From Tubiluchus corallicola (taxonomy: Eukaryota; Animalia; Priapulida), in contig JAQGDQ010000542.1 in assembly GCA_030141605.1 (NCBI GenBank), forward strand, positions 82,720 through 146,719: a DNA stretch of 64,000 nt. The letters are read 5' to 3'. Under the pieces are notes generated by a model. It was not told the origin of the DNA, did not search any database, and saw only the letters and a program-made list of their open reading frames with translations. Positions 59,134 to 64,000 of the stretch are shown here, in pieces. Made by a program: the position numbers and the translations under genes. The number at the start of each line of letters is the position of its first letter. Positions within the stretch are counted from its first letter, which is position 1.

Positions 59134-62100
59134 CTATTGTTCTTCTGATTTCACATAAGTTTGAGAAAACGTGCCCTCGACCGCCTCCTGCACTGCAGTG
59201 GGTGAACTCATCCCTTGCTGCTCTGGACTAAACATTTCACCTGTCAGGTACAACTGTTCCGACATCACCGGATCTATTTGGCTCGCCAACTCCGCCTCTT
59301 CGATCACCTGACAAACTTTACGCTTCACTTCGGACTGGATATGTTCGGGTAAACCCTTAACCCTTTGCGCCAAAGAGAAAAACAGCGAGTCGACGTCATC
59401 TAAACCTGTGGGAGCGGCGATGCCTCTCTTTCCTGCAAGTGTTAATGAAGACTGCGATTCGTTGTCCAGTTCGATGACCTCCTCGGCATCATCGTCGCTG
59501 CCGCTGAACCCATATGAACTGTCGTTTTCAATATTCACAAACGACTGGATGCTAGAATAAGCAAAGAAATAATCACATTTTAATCAATCAAGCTATACTT
59601 CTCAGATGCTTGCTGGAATGCAAAAAACAAACAAACATGTAAATATTAAATGAACAAACTAGCTCACTGAATGACTAAGTTACTAACTAACAATATAAGA
59701 AGCAGCATCGTTTACAATTTATGTAAATTTGCAGTATGAGATTTTAAATGCACAGCAATGTGCATAAACATGAAAACTGTGAGATTGCTATAAACATCTA
59801 AATAATAAACAAACAAACTAACTCACTGACTGACTAACTTACCAACAAACAATATAAGAAGCAGTATCATTTACAATTTATGTAAATTTGCAGTATGAGA
59901 TTTTAAATGCCCAAACATGACAAACTGAATTTTTAATTTTATTTCTCTGCTTTCCAAGCATCATACTTATTATTACTGAAACGTCTCCATCACGATAGTC
60001 CAATAAAAAACTTAGGATCAAGGTAAGATTTCGTTATTTTTAACCAGAAATATGTTTTGCGATTGGTCACATGACCATATTCTGTTCAGGTGTAACGCTC
60101 ATATGACAACACCACCTATGCTACCTGTGCTCAAGCCTTAAGTACTGTTTGTATGCATAATGTAAGCTACCTTGCACCCAAATAATCTTTTTCTTATCAA
60201 GAAGGCTAAGAGATGCCAAAATGTAAGTCTTATTATTTTTTATCAAAATATTCTAATATAGTTACAATGCTTTTTAGTTTTCCAAATAATGCAATTAGTT
60301 TAAAATCTTATGCTAAAATTGGCAAATTTACTTATAATATATAAATTGTTTTCAGATAAAACGTAATAAAGCTACTGAAATCTAACTGAGGACTATTTGG
60401 TATATACTGGCATTAAAAGTAGCACAAGATCCATCTTTGCAGAAGAAAGTCTACAAAGTGTGTCTCAGAAGAAAATTTTTACTCTTTGGGAGGAAACCAG
60501 GGTCTACTATGATGTGGGTCTTATTTACAAATGCCTCTATCAGGATGAAGAGTTATAAGATTTTCCGGAATCTTTGTTTCAAAATCAAATCCAGTAACTT
60601 TTGATCAAGAAGTAAGTCAACAATATATAGTCACTCACTCTCTTTCATGTATAAATGGGTTTAGGAATGTGAATATGGGAAAGAATTTCCACCGTCGAAT
60701 TTTCTCCCCTTCTTTCGTTCCTGCTTTTGTCCGTAACACTCTCCTTTTTTTCACATACGTGTCTCTGAGATTCTTCCACTTGTTTTTACAGTCTTCACCT
60801 GCATGGAATACAAAGACTAATCAATGGGGATATGATGGCTTAGTGATCCAGGGCATCTACAATATAAGCAGAAGGCCCCTGGTTCAAATACAGGCTTTAT
60901 TCCACTTTTTCAAATGTCTTTTCTTTCAGCTTTGCAAATTGTCATCATACTGCCTGGAAACAGTGTTGTTTTGAGCCACTCCTTTAATTTTGTTTAAAAA
61001 TTACATAATTCAATTGCTCGACTGATAATCAATTACAGCATGTCTTCGCTTAGCGATTCCCAGTTTAGTGACATTTTATTTTAATTACTTTATTATTTAT
61101 TGTTATTATGTAATTTAATGTAATGTAATGATATATCTAATATAATTATTTATTTACTGGTTTATTCCTCTTATAGGAACATTTCAATAGGTGAAATTTC
61201 AGTTGTTTTAAAACCTGAGCGTAAAAAAAGATGACTTCTCCTTTAATTCTAGAAAAAGATCACTGGCAGTTAGTTATTTTTCTACTTCTGTACGTTAGGT
61301 TTTAGTTGTTTTAAAACATTAGCATGAAAAAGGATGACTTTTCCTATAATTCCGGAATAAAGATTACTGACTGACAGTTTTTCAGTAGTCTTGAGGTATT
61401 GGTATCCACAGGCAGATGAACAAACACAAACAGCAAAAGCTACATTTTTTGAAAAACACAAACCAGGTATGTGTAACTTTCGGCCAATATCCTCCCACGC
61501 TTCTGCCCTTTTTTCTGAGTTTTTGTAGTTCAAATCTGAAGGATCGTACAGTTCCATGTGCTTCTGCACCTCCAGTATGATGCATTCCTCCAGTGACACC
61601 TTTGAACAAAAAAAGGATAGAGAATTAAATTAGAGAAAAACTGTTGAATTATCTTTGAAAACACTAAATAACATTCTTCTTCAATTGCAAATTTATAATG
61701 ATTATAAACTGCCTGATGGTATACCACCATCTACAAGGTAACAGAAATTTACATCAGCAAGATCTTGCAATGTTTTCCTGCTATAACACCAATTAGCCGA
61801 TTGATTCACTGGTGCGGTTCATACTGACATTGCATTATAAAGCATTCAACAATCATCAATAGTAGCAAAACAGTGGTGAATCACAAAAGCAATCAAAAAC
61901 TTAAAGAAAGGGCCGAGCCTTCTGGAAAGTTTCTATGTTCGCAAAAACGTTAGAAGGATTTAGTAATAAAACTGCCATAAGCGCCTCGTGTAATAAGTAA
62001 AATCACTTTAAAGTCCTGATCACTTCATGTTTGGCGCACCCATTTTCAATGCCCATTTTTCTTCAAATGACGTCATTCATACTGAAGAAAAGTAGCGCAC

Positions 62101-63838
62101 TGTCAATCTTCGTCAAAAGTATAAGTTTTTACAAAAACACAGACAGCTGATTTTGTAACAATTTGCGTGAATAGTAAGTAAGCTGCAAAAGTATGAATTA
62201 GTTTAAGCGGCGCAAGCACGAGGAAAGTCACGATGTACTTACGAAAAGTCACGAAGTACCCCAGTTACGTCATAATTTTCAAACGAATGGCGGCAACCAC
62301 CGTGCTTGAAAATTTCTATTCAGCGGTAGTATACTTTTAGATTTAAGCTCTATGGAAAGTTTTTTGCAAATTTCTTTGTTATATTCTTCCAAGTTGTAGT
62401 GATAACAGTACTAAAAATAAAACCAATTTACTGAGTGACTTGTTCGTTCCTTTAAGCAAAAGGAGTCACATTATTAAGAGTAGATTAATTTACCATGCTC
62501 TATCATGCTCTTGATTGGCAATCTGCACCATTCTCGGGAGTTTATGACTTAGAAAAAAAGGCTGAATAAACAAATAAAAGTGATGAGGTTTTCAAACCTT
62601 TTTCCTGAAACGCCTTGAAGGCTTGGCCTGCTGCTCCAGCAATTCTGTCGTGAATAAAGCTTTAACAGGAGAACCTTGGCTCGGCATTTCTACATACGGC
62701 TGCTCAGTGTCACGCTTTTCACTCAAGCCGTCGCTATCATCACAGTTCACCATCGATTTAGTCTCTTCTTTTTGCACTCTGGAGTCATCAGCATCGCCGC
62801 TAGTCCGCACAGACGTAAACCCGTGATGATTCTGATTCAAGTTTTGCTCAGAAGTTTGTATGCCGTCACTGCGACTTTCACCAGTTTCACCACAATTATT
62901 ACCACTACATGCATTTGTTACAAATGATAGTCTATCTGCCAGAAGTTTTTTGCGATCGATCTCGTACGGCATGATCACCGAGTCGCCGTTGCCGTCCAAC
63001 ATTTTCTTGTCGTAACAACCAGTTTCAGCTGAATCCGGACAAGGAGCAAAGTTAGCAGAATCTTGTCTAAAGAGCAAAGAGACTTTTACAACATAGCAAA
63101 ACACAGCAAAACAATGCATATCAGACAATGATAAAAATTAAAAACTGGTAAAAGATGATCGAATTGATTGTTCATAAGTGGCCTTTGGTTAGAGAAATGT
63201 CTGATGCTTGTCATGGTTAGAGAAATGTCTGATGCTTGTCACGACACAGTACACGATGTACTGTGTTAGTGTTCACAGATCTATTGCAGATCATCTATAT
63301 ATAACACCTACAAAATGCTGCCTCTTTCCCAGAACTTTAAATTCAAACCAAGCCCTCACCATAGTATAACCTTTTACAACTTAAAATCCTACTCTCATTA
63401 CGATTATTCAATTTATTTTATTATAAATTTATTGTAAAACTTGCTTCTTTTGATTTTCTATAGCTTCGATGTTAGCGAAAAACCACCATTTTTCATTGCA
63501 ATGACACTATGAGTACAGTTACGAGGTCACCAAAGATCGGTAAACAGACATCGGTAACCAAAGATCAGGCAGGGCTTCTTTACTACACTTCATTCTCCCG
63601 TATTTGCGCAAAAGACGCTATGCACGTGTTCGAAAGTTGCCAGAGAAAGCCAAGTTATTTAATTTATAGGACTCTTTTGTTTAACAAACAAATTTATTAA
63701 ATTTCCATTAACACAGCTCACCTAGTGTGTTTGTCGTTCGCTACACCTTGGCCAAAATATTCATCAATAGTTATCTTTGGTTTCTTTGGTTTATTTTCAC
63801 TGAGGTCGTGTGCATCTGAGTTGTGTGAATATTCGTAC
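59134..63838 (-). CDS. MADF (Myb/SANT-like) plus BESS domain protein, 3' five coding exons; 5' end lies beyond the right edge
   Basis: Exons 63838-63722, 63066-62598, 61599-61464, 60798-60639, 59551-59134 (GT-AG, phases consistent, TAG at 59136-59134). MADF: IILEVQKHMELYDPSDLNYKNSEKRAEAWEDIGRKL...CKNKWKNLRDTYVKK...WKFFPIFTFLNP. BESS-like: DDVDSLFFSLAQRVKGLPEHIQSEVKRKVCQVIEEAE. Confidence 0.85.
59625..59920. repeat. Diverged tandem duplication of about 170 bp in a MADF-gene intron
   Basis: AACAAACTA(G/A)CTCACTGA...TTTACAATTTATGTAAATTTGCAGTATGAGATTTTAAATGC occurs twice. Confidence 0.75.
61940..62332 (-). mobile_element. Inverted copy of the 24070-24480 dispersed repeat
   Basis: Reverse-complement similarity to 24070-24480. 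Confidence 0.65.
63378..63690 (+). mobile_element. Dispersed repeat, copy 2 of 7690-7980
   Basis: Shared terminal and internal blocks with 7690-7980. Confidence 0.55.
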
Positions 63839-64000
63839 CTAATAAAAGAAATTACACATTGACAAAACCCTGTCATCTATTTATTTATCAATAATGGTTA
63901 CACAACTAAGCTCATTTGATTTATTGCCTAACTAACAAACACTTATTCCCAGGTGTCTCTGAAAATCTAGTCACTTCAAAAAAATATCTAAAATATAATA

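Overview
AT-rich, intron-rich eukaryotic (metazoan, most likely invertebrate) genomic DNA, not prokaryotic. Four spliced protein-coding genes were reconstructed by hand with GT-AG junctions and consistent phases: (1) the 5' part of NCKIPSD on the minus strand, running off the left edge; (2) a complete 24-exon TUBGCP6/GCP6 (+, 6977-39448, about 1875 aa); (3) a complete 11-exon SAXO/FAM154-like ciliary microtubule-stabiliser gene (+, 43868-52869, about 500 aa) with an RFX X-box upstream; (4) the 3' part of a MADF-BESS gene (-, from 59134 to beyond the right edge). Introns and spacers hold decayed BEL/Pao, RTE and L2 retroelements, TA-, TTAA- and 8-bp-TSD MITEs, degenerate tRNA-like heads and many mini/microsatellites. 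The most unusual signal is in TUBGCP6. Four unrelated tandem arrays each begin inside coding sequence and amplify a functional boundary: three 5' splice donors (34, 25 and 43 bp units, 9-20 copies) and the stop codon (77-91 bp units). These build ladders of decoy donors, and use of any of them would truncate or frameshift the protein. No database searches were run; family calls rest on recognised motifs.
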